Assembly (NCBI GenBank): GCA_020536535.1 | Contig: JAHLWZ010000870.1 | Coordinates: 1-64,000, forward strand | Source: Pelomyxa schiedti | Taxonomy: Eukaryota; Protista; Evosea | DNA: 64,000 bases | Direction of reading: 5' to 3' | In this document: piece by piece, positions 23,284 through 38,088 of the stretch | Layout of the letters: each line of letters begins with the position of its first letter | Position numbering within the stretch: position 1 is the first letter of the stretch | Notes under the pieces: model-generated | The model's database searches: none | The model's input: the letters and a program-made list of their open reading frames with translations, nothing else | What the model was told of the DNA's origin: nothing | Made by a program: the position numbers and the translations under genes

Positions 23284-26177
23284 ATGCAGCGGGGAGGGGG
23301 AGTAGCGGTAGCGGGGGTTGTAAACCAATACGGAGTTGTGGGATCTTGCGATGCAGTTGTACAGTTGTTCTTAGATGTATGTGTATGTGCTTCGAACTTG
23401 CCGAGGAAGTTGACGAGAGGCGAAGATATGCTCAAGAGACTGGAGCACACGAAGGTTTTTATTTGTGATTGCCCTTTTTGTTTATTGTGGGTCTTAACTC
23501 CAAGAAGGATACTTTTGTGAGCCAGAGGGGTCAATTTTCGGTTTTTTTGTCCAGCCCACAAGTGCAAGACGGGCTGCGGTCTATTTCACAAATACTGGCA
23601 AAAATCAGGGAGTTACTCGTAAGGTTTGTCCTTTTGAAGTGGGGTTGATATCGTGACTTTTGCAAGTGTAGAGAAGAAGAAGTTCTTTGTCAATTCGACC
23701 TACCAAAAGAAAGTTGAGCACCTGATTAATGACTTGGTCACAGATAGCACTCAGCTTGTATTTTGAATGCCCCAAGCTTTGAGTATAACAAAACCAATAA
23801 AAGGGGGTCACTGTGTCCATACTTGCCTCGGCACATGCTGAAAGGGAGGCAACAAAACGATACAAAGAACTATCAAAGACCCAAGCCAAAATGGCCAATA
23901 CCTTGATGAACAGTACTCTTCCTCATCAAGCCCTACCAGAAAATTCTGCTGAAGAACCTCAGGATTCTCTTAATGAAAGCGGAGAGTGGAATGCTGAAAA
24001 TGATGGTGACAGTAATGGCCAAGCAACCCCTGACAAAAATGGAAGTCAAAATATTAGCAACAATCAGACCCCACTCCAAACCCATAGCCCTAGTCGTAGT
24101 AGGAGCCATAGTAGAAGTAGAAGTGCTAGCAGGAACAGCAATAGGAGTGTCAATGGGAGTGATGAAGAGGCAACTCACACAAGGGATGAAAATGAAGAAG
24201 ATGAGAGTCAAGAAGAAAGTGCTGCATTAAGCTTGTCTCTTACTGAAGAAGAGCTATCCAGTTTGTTCCAGAGAGGAATGTGCCTGCTTCATGGTGTAGG
24301 AACTGATAGAGACTTGCCACAAGCATTTTCTTGCTTTCTAGTTGCGCTTCCACCAAAAACAACTTTGAATTATTATCAACAAAAAACCTTACGTAACTAT
24401 ATCTAGGATGCCGCTCAATGTGATTACGCCCCAGCAAAGAACATGGTGGGTCGTATGGTTTTGTTCAGCATTGGCACACGAGACGATCCAAATACTGCTG
24501 TGATATGGTGATCTTCATTCCTTGTCTTTTTTTTTTTTCTTGTCTTTGTTCTTAGCTAAGTGTTTGCACCAGGTTTAGAGAAGCCGCTGAGCAAGGTGAT
24601 ACAGATGCTACTAATGCTATGGGACTGATTTTCGAGCTCGGGGCATGTAATGTATCTTCCATAAGTTTTTACTACATTTGACGTGATATTAGGTGAAACC
24701 AGACATGTCAACTGCCGCACAGTATTACCAGGTAGCAGCTAAAAAAGGAAATCACGAGGCAATGACAAATCTTGCTTATTTTTATGAGAAGGGCTTGGGA
24801 GTACCTCGTAATTTTAAGGCCGCCTATAATTGGTACAAGCTTTAATAATCTCTCTTACTGTCCTTGGTTAATTTTCAACAAGGTATTTACAAGCAGCCCA
24901 ATTGGGGAATCCAAGGGCTATGAATAACCTTGGGACTATGTACTTACAAGGTAGGGGCATTACTGTGATGGAAGACGAAGCATTCCACTGGTTCTTACAG
25001 GCGGCTATCCAGGTGCCTTTTTTCCGAATCTTTCCCAACTCACTAGTGCTTGCAGAACCATACCATAGCTATCATCCATTTGGGTTTCATGTATGAGGTT
25101 GGTTGTTTTGTTGATGAGAATTTAGACATGGCCTGTGACTTGTACAGTAAAGCTGCCTCCTTAGGTACTAAATGACGCCGGAGTACTTCCTTCTACTCTC
25201 TCATTTTTCTCATTGATGCCTAAGGTGACACAAATGGTAATTTGCAACTTGGTCGGCTTAAAATAAAAACGGTAAGCTAGTGGAAGCATTCTTTGAACTT
25301 ACAGTCGAAGGGTGAGCAGAGAGAAGGAATTGATGTACTTAATAAGGCATGTCTTAATGGAAAGTATGAGTGGCTCGTTGCCTACGATTACTAAACAAAA
25401 CTATAAGTTACGAGGCACACCTTATCCTTGGTGAATTGTACCAGAGTGGTTGGCCAGGAACCCAACCTAACCTCGAAATTGCACGAAGCCATTTTCTAGA
25501 AGCAGCCCAAAATGTAAGTCCAAGCAAGCATGTCCTTTACAAAACCTCACTTTCTGTTCCTGGTAGAATATCCCCAAAGGTCTTGTTAGACTTGGAGTTT
25601 TGTGTTATACAAGTGGCCTCGAAAATGAAATACCGCTGGCGTTTTCATGTTTTTCCCGTGCTGCAACAATAGTAGAGTTTCTTTTCCACGTGATATGAGA
25701 AACATTTGCTGAAAGTTGCCAGGGTGACCCAGAAGCACAAGTTATACTTGGGGAACTCTATCGAGACGGTATTGGCACTGAACCGTCACAAGCTGAAGCT
25801 GAGAAATGGTTTTCTCTTGCGGCAGGACAGGTACTACCCCTTATTTCCTGAATCTAGCAGGCACTCATTCACCACAGGGAGAACCATGGGGAATGTACAA
25901 CCTGGGACAGATGTATGAGAACACCATCTGCCCAGACCCGCAACAACATGCGGACCTCTTGAAAAAAGCCTGGCTCTGGTACCGCCGGGCCTCTGATGCA
26001 GGCCACCAGCCGTCTCAGGACAAGCTTCAAATGTGGCCACACCCCCCAGTGTGGTTTCTGCCCTCATCCACTACAACAACACCACTTTCCGGAACAGCTA
26101 AAATTAGTGGGGAGGCACTATGGCCGAACACCAACAAGACGCCTACATCATCCCGTTCTTCAGCTGGTGAATTGTAA
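23284..26177 (+). CDS. Sel1-like repeat protein
   Basis: Repeated motifs AMTNLAYFYEKGLGVPRN, AMNNLGTMYLQGRG, GMYNLGQMYE...WYRRASDAGH across many exons. Start approximate. Confidence 0.85.
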
Positions 26178-26742
26178 AAAAAAAAAAATCATGTAGCAAA
26201 ATATAAGTAAATAACCAGCAAAGAAAGGTTTTCTTTCTGCCAAAAAGGGAATGCACTTGGAAAACAGAAGGTTGTGTGGGGAATGTGTGCATCCAAAGCG
26301 AAGACCAAGCCAGATGTTGGCTCAACAACTCCTATCTTGCCTTCCTTGTTACTCCAAACAAAAATCCTCTGACCCCAACAACCAGTGTCAAGCAATGATC
26401 TTTTCTTGAGATAAGGCAGATTGGTGTTGGTGCTGTAGTGGTCCCACAATGACTATCAGGTACTGAGTAGCTGACCTGTGTCAGGATCCTTCCCGATCTG
26501 CTTGACATTCCTGGTGGTGGATTCAACACCACCCAAGGGCGAAGGTGCTGGTCATTGGTGTTCACGGGGGGAAGAGTTGAGGAAGGTTGCACCATTTACG
26601 ATTCTAAGAACTCAATGTTTCTGAAAACACAGGCGCTCTTTTGGCTCCTTCCTTGCTTACTGTGGGTTGCACTCAGGTACTTTTTTCAGCGAACTTTTCT
26701 GGCCGAGGAGAAGACTGGAAAGCACGAACAAACAAAAAAAAA

Positions 26743-29700
26743 ATGTTGGGTGCCGCGGCCAACAATGCCGGGATGCTGTCGTCGGGCAACCTCCACGCAG
26801 CTGACACGTCGCAGCAAATGCCACTGCCCGCCGCCAACGACGCCGAGTTCCCCGTCCCCGCGCGGCCCCCCACGGCCACGGGCGCCCTGGGGCCCGCCAC
26901 CTCCGCGTCGTCGTTTGGCTCCGCCGCGACCGCCGCCGCCGCCTCGGCGTCGTCTCTGTCGTCGTCCGCCCCTGCCACCACCACGGCCACCACCAGCACA
27001 AGCACCTACGGCCCGACGAGGAGCGGGGGGCTCGGGGAGGCGGGGTCTGGGGGCCTCTCGCTGTCGACATCGAGCTCGGGGCTTGTGGGAGCGGGCGGGG
27101 CAGGGGCCGGGGCAACAGGGGACGCGGGGGCTGTGGTTTTGGTCGTGGAGGTGAGGGAGGCGCGGGGGCTTCCCGTAATGGATTTGCTCACTTCCAGCGC
27201 CGACGCATTTGTCGAGGTGAGTTGATGTACGTGTTTGTTTGTTTGTTTGTTTGTTTGTTTGTTTGTTTGTTTGTTTGTTTGTTTGTTTGTTTGCTTTTTG
27301 GTGAATGTTTTTGTTTGGGTTCCTTTTTGTTAAGATAGTTTTGTGCAAGGTCAGATTTGGAGGCAGCTGGAAGAGGGAAACATCAGCAGTGAAGTCCTTG
27401 GAACCAGTTTGGAAAGAAAAATTCGAGTTGAATGTCCCAAAGGCACGAAACCTAAGAACAGTACCCCTGGAATTTAGGTATCTGTGCCTCCCTTCTGTTG
27501 TATTGCCTTTACATTAATTCCACTGTTGCACTCATCAGAGCTTGGGACAAAGATCGCCTAAGGTTGTTTTTTTCCCTCTAGTTGTTCCACTTCTTACCTC
27601 TATTCTAGTGCGAACGATGTAATCGGAGCTGTTTACTTGGACTTATCTGCACTACTTTTCCCAACATCACCACAGCAGTTATCTGCCTGGTTTCCCCTGT
27701 ATGACTCCCTTAGAGGTATCCATCAATACTTACCTTGAGAGTCAACTTATGTGTTGAAGGGGTCCAAGGTGAACTGAAGCTAAAAATTTCTCTGAAGACC
27801 CCTCTTGACAAGGATAAAGTGCTTTTCTTTTCATGTATGGCTAATTTTATTTCTGCAAAGTTGATGGTTTAAATAGGTAGCATCCCTGAAAATGTGCGAA
27901 TTGTGACTTTGAATGGCCTTGTAGATGAACTCCTTGTAGAAGATGATCCAGAAAACAAATGGGTTGACAACTTCAGAAAGTCGAGAAGCTCGAATGACGC
28001 ACGCCAAGCATTGTTGACTTCCCACACTGGGTTAGCATTGCAACACTATCACCACCTCTTAATCTGTATTTAGTAGAGTGAGACAGCACATTGCCAAGAA
28101 AGTGGAGGCACTCAACTGTAATGCTGTGTTATGTTACCGGCAACACTTGGACTTAGAGGGGGACTATATTGCTGCACGGGGCTATGGAACTGCGGCAAGG
28201 ATTGAACTGGTGTGTAGCACATCATTTTTTTATTAACAAAAAAAAGCAAAATTAAGCCTGGCTTTTTACCGACGTAGGTGGAAACTCTCCCTTCAATTTC
28301 TCTGTCACAAAGTAGGAGTCCACCTTCCCCATCATGCCCAGTGCACCAACGAGCCACAGTTTCCTCTGTTTCAATACTCACAATGACTACTTTTGCTCCA
28401 AACACAATTCAGTGTTTCGGTGGTGTTGTGGCAGTAAGTTGACACCTGCATGCCATCATTCATTCACTTCTTACCTACAGGCAAGGTTAGTGAAACTGGG
28501 GCGAAAAGAAAAACTTACAGGGGCGAGGGATGGCTGGTGGGATGAAGCAAGAGAAGAAATCCGAAATAATGCTGCATCCTTGATGTGCTCGCATGTTGTT
28601 GGTTACACTGAAAGTATGACCATACAGGAGGGTGGTGGTACGCTTTCTTGCCCTATGTTTCCTCCTATCTGATTATTGTAGATGTTTGTATTTTATCTGC
28701 GCAAGGTACAGCAGTAGTATTGAACACCTTTGGTGTATGTTAATCATTAAAGTTTATTCCGTTTCATAGTCCTACACAGGTTGGATGCTCTGAGCTGCCA
28801 GCACGTAATGAAATCTAAATTTTCCATTTTCTTAATCACAAAAAAGTCCCTTGTACTATCTGCCATGTGCCATATGAAAAGCTTCTGCCAGATAAAACAC
28901 CCCTCCCTGGGGCATTTTCAATGTGTGCATTATGCACGTCTCAACATGTCCCCGAGATTTTGCTCTCCACAACCGATTTGCCCCCAAATGTGGTTTACCA
29001 CATCTTTCATCCCAAATTCCACTAACTTTAACCTAGTCTCCTTGTTGTGGTGCACCCAAACATTGTGAAGCGAAAGTCTGTAGGATAAAGAAAAAAACTT
29101 CGGTATAGCTTCACCCCTGTTGTCAACAATTCTTAAATATGAAAGGGTGAAGCAAATGCTATACAAATTAGTGAAATTCTCCCTTTTATAGAGGACGAGT
29201 TGCACAGACAAATCATTCTGAAAGTTAAGTTACAGGTTGAAGTTAACTTCATCGAATCTAGCTCTAATTACCCACCATTTAGGGTATGAATGCTCTTTTT
29301 GGGTATCGCATCTCAATTAGCATAAATGAAACTATGATTGCGGGTATTGCTTCTGGAACCGCGGTGAGAAGGGATGAATATTAAGGTTTTCTCAAGTATT
29401 GATAGGTGTTCCTGCTTCCACTCTCTCCGCCTCAATTTTTGCGGTTTGCTGGTGGTATGACCCCTCCGAGACAACAAATTGAAGCAACTTCCACTGAAAA
29501 TGTTTGCTTCGATTTGTTTCTTTGTCTCTTAATCGTTGAAGGTTAATAACTCCTTAGTACTTCGAAAGGAGTATGTAAAGCACCATCGGGAAATCCACCA
29601 ATTGCCACCAATTGATACCCATCAAGAACGGCAAGACACAGGGCATGCCAAAAGAGAAAAACGGAAGAAGAAGAAAAAAGAGTTCAGCTTGGATGCTACA

Positions 29701-31097
29701 GAAACTAATTCCCGTGATAGAGGCCATGGCACTGGACTGGAAGTCGTAACCGAAAAGATTTCCTCAGAGCACACACGCAGTCGCTCTACTAAAGAACCAA
29801 GGGATAGGGAAAAATCTGAGAAGGAGCGAGGAGATCAATCAGACAGAACACCTAAGCTAAGCAAAAGGAACCTGGAAGACTCCATTACAGAAGTCAGTGG
29901 TACTCAGCCATTGTCTCCAATGGGCTCAAATTCACCACCACCTCCTATTTCTGCAACTTCCTCATTTACCAAGATGTCAACCGATAAGCCGGAAGTAGAA
30001 CCACACAAGAAAAAGAAAAAGAAAAGACCGCCTACAAGCTCCAGCGCGGCCACGACTACGGAAGAGGTGAATCCTGAAGGAGTTCTAAGACGAAGTGCTG
30101 AAGTAGAGAGTACGAAAGTTCCTGCACAGGAAGACAGTACAACACTGTACACTGAACACATACGTAGCTTTCAGTTGCGTTCTCATTAAACAAGGGAAAG
30201 TGGACATTCTAAATTGGAGATTGATGAGGACTTTGATGAGCTACTATTAGAGCAATACCGTTGCCTTGGTGTGAGCTTGTCAACACTCGATGTGTGATTC
30301 ATTCCTTTCCTGTCGCTTTTGCTCATTGAATGACAGTCTCAGTTTTGTTGGAAACACCATAAATGTAGCACATATTTTTTTGCCATGATAAAGCGAGTGA
30401 AAATACGTGATACAGCAGAACCAACAAAGCAGTTCCACGAGTCATTGAAATCAATTTACTCCACATTAATTCTGCATGTACACCTTGTAGTTTACTTTGG
30501 GTATCCTAAATTCACTTCAAGTTGGGATTCCTATGGCCTAAAGGCTGTCTCTGCCGACTCAGCAGTGACTTGAAGCTCGTTAGTGAAAATCAATTGGAAA
30601 TCAGTATAACAGGAACTGCCGTTGGCAAGTTCCACACAGCCATGTGTGCAAGCAGTAGAGGTATCAGATGTTGTTCACACCTTTTTTTAAACTCAACATG
30701 CAATGCAGATGTTACTTTCACACCCGCTTCACACATTCCAGGAAGAACAATCGCGAAGTATGTGAATACATATAATTTCTTAATAACCTAGAGGCAACAA
30801 AGGTACCTTGGATACTTAAATGTTCACTTGGTGCGTGAGACTTTCTCCCTGGACCACGCCTGCACTCTTGGAGATTTCACACAGCTATTTTTGCATGAGC
30901 TATTCTCAGTAGTTCGTGCACAATGCCGTGCCAGGGGTGCCAACACACTGTTAGATTATTGTTTGGATATATGTACAATCAAATCAGAAAAAGATGAGGT
31001 TTTAAGCACCCCAAAACACAACAAAGCTCATTCCATATCCTAGGCATATTGTCTGTTCTCCATCAGTGGGGATACTGCTCTTTGTGAGTCTGTTTAA
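26743..31097 (+). CDS. C2CD5: C2 domain-containing protein 5 (KIAA0528) homolog
   Basis: VEVREARGLPVMD...SADAFVE|VRFG...LEPVWKEKF (C2); RDGWWDEAREEIRNNAASLMCSHVVGYTE; VRAQCRARGANTLLDY; ends AYCLFSISGDTALCESV-stop. Confidence 0.85.
27232..27292 (+). repeat. (GTTT)n microsatellite in first C2CD5 intron
   Basis: About 15 tandem GTTT units are visible. Confidence 0.9.
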
Positions 31098-31497
31098 AAC
31101 TGTACAATTAGTATATTCTTTGAAAGCAGAAACAACCACAGCACCAACTCACTCTTTCAGTGATGAACACCCGCAGCGAAAAGAAAAAAAAAATAAAATC
31201 AACTCCCAATCTGTTCCTTCTCGGGCTCACCCGTTTGCGGCAGTTGATCTCTTTCTCTCTTCCGCTGTTTTCCACCATCGTGAAAACTCGGGAAGAAAAA
31301 AGCCAAACACAGGGCATCGACCTCGACTCCTTCCTTCGTCGTTTTCTGTGGCACATCAGTGAGGAGCAAAGAAACAATTGGGATAGGCAGATCGTGCACC
31401 CCACGTTCCCTACACCTACTGCTCATACAAGCACCCCACGGCCTCATAGGATACCGCCACAGAACAGGGGCAACAGCAACCAACAAACCAACCAAAA

Positions 31498-34400
31498 ATG
31501 AGGGACGGGGGGCAGGGGGAGGCGGCGGCCGCGGCGGAGCAGCAGCAGGGGGACGGGGAGGAGCCCCGGCCCGCGACGCCGCCCCGCAGCAGGCACAGGC
31601 ACAGGCACTCCACCGCCGCGTCGTCGTCGGCATCGCCCTCCTCGGAGCCGCAGCCCCTCTCGCTCTCGTCGTCCACCGACGGGCTGGAGCAGCTCCTGGC
31701 CCTCCACGTCCACAAGCAGCAGCAGCGGCTGCTGCAAGAGGAGCAGCAGCAGCAGCAGCAGGGCGGCGAGAGGGCGTCGCGGCACCGGCACCACAACAAG
31801 GCCGCGGCCCCGCTGGATCCCAGCGACGAAATCGAGCAGGACCAGCAGCGGCACCACGGCCACCGCCACCGGCACCAATTGCAGCAGCAGCAGTTGGAGG
31901 AGCAGCCGCAGGAACAGCGGGAGCAGGAGCAGGACCGGGACCAGGAGCGAGAAAGAGAACGGGAGCGGGAGCGAGAAGAACAACAGAATAATATGAAAGC
32001 GCCGGGACGGAGGGGGCATTTCTCGCCGGCTATTGTTGTCACGGGCACTGACGCTGATCCTGATGTGGATTCCAGTGTCAGTTGCTCCACAACCCAACTT
32101 ATATCGGAAACTGCACCCGTTGAGGAAACACAACCCTCAGAGGCATCCACGCCTACGTTGGAATCACAAACGGAATCACAATTGCAGTCACTGTCTGCAT
32201 CTGCACCTGCATTATCATCCTCACCACCAACATCAAATATCACACCAGCATCAATGTTGTCTGTTTCCGTGCAGGCACATTCAGAGGAGAGAGGTTCTGC
32301 ACTGTCAACACCTTCTGACATGATAAATCCAGTACCAGCGAGCCCTTCCCCAGTACTATCTAATTTCAACACACCAACCCCATCACAATTACCCAACCAA
32401 CTGAGTAGGGTGGTGTTGGGATTAGGTAACTTACCACTGGCACTTCTCCCTGGAGAGGAATTAATCACATCTGTGACTTCGGTCTATGACCCTCGCCACT
32501 CTGCCCCTACTATTTCTCTCCTTAATCTTTCCAATCTCTCTACAACACCTACACTTATTTCACCTCGTCTATCTAACCACCCACCTCCACCAAGTGGACC
32601 CGCTCCATCACCCTCCCAGCTGAATATGTCACCTAGCTCTCGTACACATCTTGTGTCACCTCCACCAACCTCATCCACCCCGCCAATATCACCATCCTCG
32701 ACATCTTCAACGAGTAGTTTCGTAATAGCACCACCCCCTGGTTCTGTGTCTACTCCACCCCAACATCATCATAAGCACCTCAGTGCAACTTCATTTCTCT
32801 CTGCCTTGACTAGAGATACTGCACCCAAAAAAACGGGCACACTTTTTATTACAAACTTCAGGCTGAGTTTTGTTTACTCTCCAGAATCGTATGGAGCCAC
32901 AGCAGTTGCATCTGTTGTAGCTAGACTGAAGCTTGAAAAAAAGACCAAAAAATCAACAGCGGAGCCTGCATTAAACAACAACATTGGTTGTGTGAATATG
33001 AATAATGGAGGCGTTTGCACCTGTGGTGCCCAGAGAGGGGACAAGCCAAAGGGGTGTCATGTAGCAGTTACCATTCCCCTTGCAACAATAAGTAGTATGA
33101 AATGGACTTGTTCCAAAGGATCCAGAACTTGTAAAATTATATGCAAAGACATTAAAATTGCTTCCTTTAGCTTTACTACACAAGATGGTACGAGTTTTTT
33201 GTGTGTTTTTACTTGAACCTTCTCTACTAGATTCTGCTGATCACATAGAAAAATTACTTGACAAACTTGTATTTGTTACCTCAGTGACCCGCCTATTTGC
33301 TTTCTACTACCGTCCAACATTCAATGAGAATGGCTGGAATATATATGATCCACTACGTGAGTACAGGCGTTTAGGCATTCCTGACTCCAGTATGTTTGTC
33401 AAATTCAATTTGTATGCCAGAAATGGCAATAAAATAATACCTATGCAGCATGGAGAATATCAGAAGCCAATATGCGTTATACACTGTGTCCCTCCTATCC
33501 AACGCTACTGGTTGTTCCTTATGAGTGCGATGATGAATTAATTCGGTGTGGAAGAACTGTGTGGAGAAAAAGCTCACTCTTTTAGACAAGCTGCTCAATT
33601 TCGTACATCCTCGCGATTTCCTGTTTTTTCATGGAGGCACATTGAAACCGGTGCTGTGATTATGAGATCTTCCCAGCCAAAGGTTTGTTTTGGAATGTGT
33701 ATAATATGAGTGATATTCTTTTATACAGGCTGGTTTGCTTGGAAACAGAAATTCTGCAGAAGAAGACATGCTCCGGAAAGTTACAAAAATAAGAGGAAAA
33801 TTGGTATTTATTGATGCCCGACCAAAGTAACAGATCTGTTACGATTACATTCGACTGTCTAAATTCCCAAAGGGTTAATGCTGTGGTCAACCAAACCAAG
33901 GGGGCTGGGTTTGAGGATCCTCTATTTTATGACAATACTGTACTTCATTTCCTTGGCATAGGTAGTTCCCTTTTCATTTCTCTATTCATACTTACAGACT
34001 TTAGAGAATATTCATGTTATGCGTGAAAGCTTCAAAAAAGTACGGGAGGCCAGTATGGGTGGAAGTGACCAAATGTACTATTGTCTATGTGGAAAATCCT
34101 TAATTTCTTTCCAGTTTTCCCCAAATCACAGCTTCAGGGTGGTTCACACATCTTCAAGCACTTCTGCAAGGTGCTTCAAAAATTGCGGGTTTTCTTGCCA
34201 CAGGTACATCTGTACTTGTGCATTGCTCTGATGGTTGGGACAGGACACCTCAAGTAAAGTTTTTCTTCGTTGTTGCGCTACTTACATCTCCATCAAAAAG
34301 CTTACCTCACTTGCTCAAGTTCTCCTTGATCCATTTTCTCGTACAATTCGCGGCTTTGAAATTCTGATAGAAAAAGAATGGCTATCCTTTGGACACAAAT

Positions 34401-36801
34401 TTTCCTTTCGGTACCAAATGCCACGAAGTCCTTCACTCACTGATCACAAGAATTGGCCATGGGCGAAAAGAAGACAACGAGAGATCTCCCACGTTTTTGC
34501 AGTTTCTTGGTAGCAACGTCTTCTAGTATCATTACTTATGTCTTGTCCCCAGATTGTGTTTTCCAGATTTCTCTGCAGTTTCCTGTGGCGTTCGAGTTTA
34601 ATGATTCTTTTCTTCTTGCAATAGTCGATTCGCTGTATTCTTGCAGGTAGAAACAACAACAAAAAACCCACAAAATAATTTGCTTTCTGAGGTTTGGTAC
34701 TTTTTTGGCTGACTGTCAATTTCAACGGACAGCTCTCCAACTTGCTCTCAATACTGTTTCCTTGTGGTATTTTCTTTTCTTTCTTGGTGTTGACTAAGTT
34801 TTCCACTTTTGTAAAGGTCTGAAATCAATTCCAATTTAGATCCATTCTTGAATACCTTATATTCACCGGTATCAGGCTTTTTTCTTTTCCATGTCTTATG
34901 TCTCTTAGACAGATAAAGTAATCTGGCCAAAAACAGATATAAGATATCTGTGCTATTGGCAAGGGTGTGATTTCCACTGTAGGTTTGCGCATGTGTAACC
35001 CAAAAAAGTTGTTACCAGAGATATCCTGTGGAGTATGTATTTGACTCCCTTGGTTGGCGTGAGGAAAGGAATAATGAAACCTCTTGCATAGAACAGTACT
35101 CAACCCTATGCTCACAAGTATAACAACTCCCGTGGAAGAAATATAGGGAATTTAGTACCTGTTTAGGAACCTAAAAATCGCATCACTCAAGCCATAGTGT
35201 TAAGTGAATACGACAGCCAAGACGGTATTATAATCGATGTAAATTCCTTCTTACCGAGTGCAGATGAGCAAATGTCCATTTCAGCTGCAGTGATAAATCT
35301 ACCTGCAGGAACCCGAGTCATAGTACTAGATGCCACAAACGAAAACTTGTGGATGGTAGCAATGGAAAGTGATCCCACAGCGAAAGGCTATTTCCCTCGT
35401 TTCAATCTTCAACCAATCTCCACTGTGCCTGGTAATTTCTAGGATGTCTTCACAATGTGGGCCTTACTATAAAAAGATGAAGCAAAACCTGAGAGCGTTC
35501 TGGAAGAAAAAAGCAAAGACCCAGAGAAATTAGAAAAGGCGGAAAAGCCAAGCCCCAAGTTAGAAAAACTGTACAAAAGTAAGGTAGGGTCTTTCCGAGC
35601 TAAGACTCTGCTCTCACGATAGAGAATTCACAGATGAAGAATGTATTTTCTATTTCTGCGCCATCGCGATTTGTCCACGTTGTACATGTCGGAGCAGATA
35701 CACAGGTGATATTGTAGGGAATAAAAATTACTTAATTTGTTTAGCAGCCGGTATCTAGTGCACCGCCAGTAGCTCCTTTGACGTTCACACCTACAAATCC
35801 CACCAAACCAACAGGGAAACAAACAGTATGGATCTTCTTTAAATTTTTCCAATCTAATCTGTCCACACAATTCAAAAGAGATGGGCAACAATGTACAACC
35901 ACTTTCCTTCTTTCGTTTCTTATTTACGCCTTTCACACTTATAGAAGACAAAAAAAAATTGGTGGAAAACGGCAGACAGAAATGTAACCTACTCCTTTGG
36001 GAGAAGTGAAAGAGCATTCTAATTGCATCTAGGGTTTTTGATTCTGAATCCCTCACAACTGTGTCTGTTGCCACATACCACAAAGCTCCCATGAGTCCTC
36101 GTCCTGGGCTCACCGTGCCTGATGAACCCAATCCCAGCCCACGGCTTACCCCAAGCCCCGTGGGTGATCCCAATGACAGTGACAGTGGAAAAGAAAACAC
36201 CATAGACAACGACCCCACGGCCGACGACAAAACTCTGGACACCTCAGTGGTCGGGGGTGAGTCCAACCCCGAACTCGGGGAAAAACCCACCAACACCACA
36301 ACGGAGGAACCAGATGCTCAACAACACAAGCCCAATGGCACCACCATCAGCAACAACACCCAGTACAACACTGACCCATCTCTGGATCCCGCACCCAGCA
36401 GAGCCAGGACACCACCACCGGCCCAGCCCCCGCTTTCACAACTGGGCTGGGAGCAGCAGAAGATAATGCACGGCTTGGATAGGAAACCACCCAAGCCGCA
36501 GTTCCGCCCCGAGACTCACAAGCCCTGCTCACCACCTCTCTGGGCCAACGCCGATTTCCATGTACTATTGCGCAAGGCCAAGCCACCAAGAGGCGGCTGC
36601 GGGGTTGCACCCTTGTCACTAGCAACCTGCTTCTCAGTTATATCTTCTTCATCAACTCCACTCACACCTACTACACCTACTACACCCACAACACCACTTT
36701 CACCATCACCAACACCAAGTACAATGCACAGGCGCAACACTTCATCCTCATCGGCAGATCAAACAAACAAACCACTCCCAAAACTACCACCAAAATCCTA
36801 A
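31498..36801 (+). CDS. Myotubularin-family PI 3-phosphatase (PH-GRAM, PTP domain, SH3-like domain, Pro-rich tail)
   Basis: [10 protein letters not shown]; [15 protein letters not shown]; [14 protein letters not shown] (34212-34253, intact CX5R); [13 protein letters not shown]; FPVAFEFN. Confidence 0.92.
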
Positions 36802-36908
36802 CCACCTACCACCCCCCCTTATACTATTGACTTTTGGCCTTCAACAAAGGCTACTTTTTTTTGGTAACAGAAACTAACAACAAACAAGAAAAATCTTTTT
36901 TTCTCAGT

Positions 36909-38023
36909 TTAAGAAATCAAACACCAAGAAGGGGTAGGTGGTGGTTTTTGTTCTTCTGTGCCCAGAACGCGGTAATGCTTTTTAGCAAGAGCCATCCAAA
37001 ATTTTGGTACCATGTCACATACCGATTTGTAGTCATCTGAAGGCTTGGAAACAATTCGGAGCTCAAATGGGGCATTCCCCATCAGCACTGCAATATCATC
37101 ACTCCAGGAGAATAAGCACGCACCGGTCCAGGATTCATAGGAATTGAGTTCTATAACCTTAATGTGGGGAGTTTGGCCCTGGTCAAAGGCATCCACATCC
37201 ACAAAAAGGTCAACAATGTAGGTATCTATGTGAGAGAGTCGGTTCTTCAACTCAGAGTCAAAGAATGAGTGGAATAGATTGCAGAGGTCGGCGTGGTGCT
37301 TTGCAATCTGAGGGTAGTAGCACAAGTGGTCATACTGGCTTACAGCTGTGAGCTTATTCCCTTTGACCCAAGCCCGGAATTCGTAGTGTTGCTTTTTACA
37401 AATTTCGTGGTCCCATTGGCGGAGTGCTATGCAGGTTCTGACATACGGAAAGAGAGTTTGAATGCTATTCAAATCCTCGCGCACGCGCCAACTTTTGCAC
37501 AACAATTTGAGAACATCAGTTCCATTCCTTACGGCCAGTCTCTCCTGCAAAGCGCGCATTAAGCCATTGAGTACATCTTGCGGAGTTACAATTGGAAGAG
37601 AGGAGGGGTCAGTCGGAATTGGCTCTTGCGGTACTTGCCTTTCCGTTTGTGTCGAGTATTCCAGGATGAATTTGATTACATCTTCTTGAAGCTCTGGATC
37701 AGAAGTGTTTGACACAATAGCATCCTTTGGGCTTCTGCTGTCCAGCTTAACAAATGCAACCCTTTCGGAGGCCAGAGCTCTGTTCACCGCCTCGTCCCCT
37801 CCCTTCCCGGAAGCAGAACCCTTCACCGAATCCGAACCCGGATCATACAGCTCCCTCAGCGCCGAGTCAATTCTCCCAGCCAACGCCACCAAAGTGGCCA
37901 AATGCACTTCCTCAGTCCCAGAACAACTCGCGTTCTCCCGCGTCGACGACGACACTGACGATGACGCCCCAGAAGACGTTGCCGTTGTTATTGATGAAGA
38001 AGAAGAAGATGATGATGAGGACG

Positions 38024-38088
<65 letters not shown>

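Noticed and set aside
26189-26595. Short minus-strand ORFs between the Sel1 and C2CD5 genes
   Set aside because: No motif or clear splice support.
31416-32468. Long antisense/alternate-frame ORFs in GC-rich regions (also 168-836, 26555-27348, 54302-55000, 57041-57925)
   Set aside because: Shadows of low-complexity GC-rich coding sequence with no domain signal.
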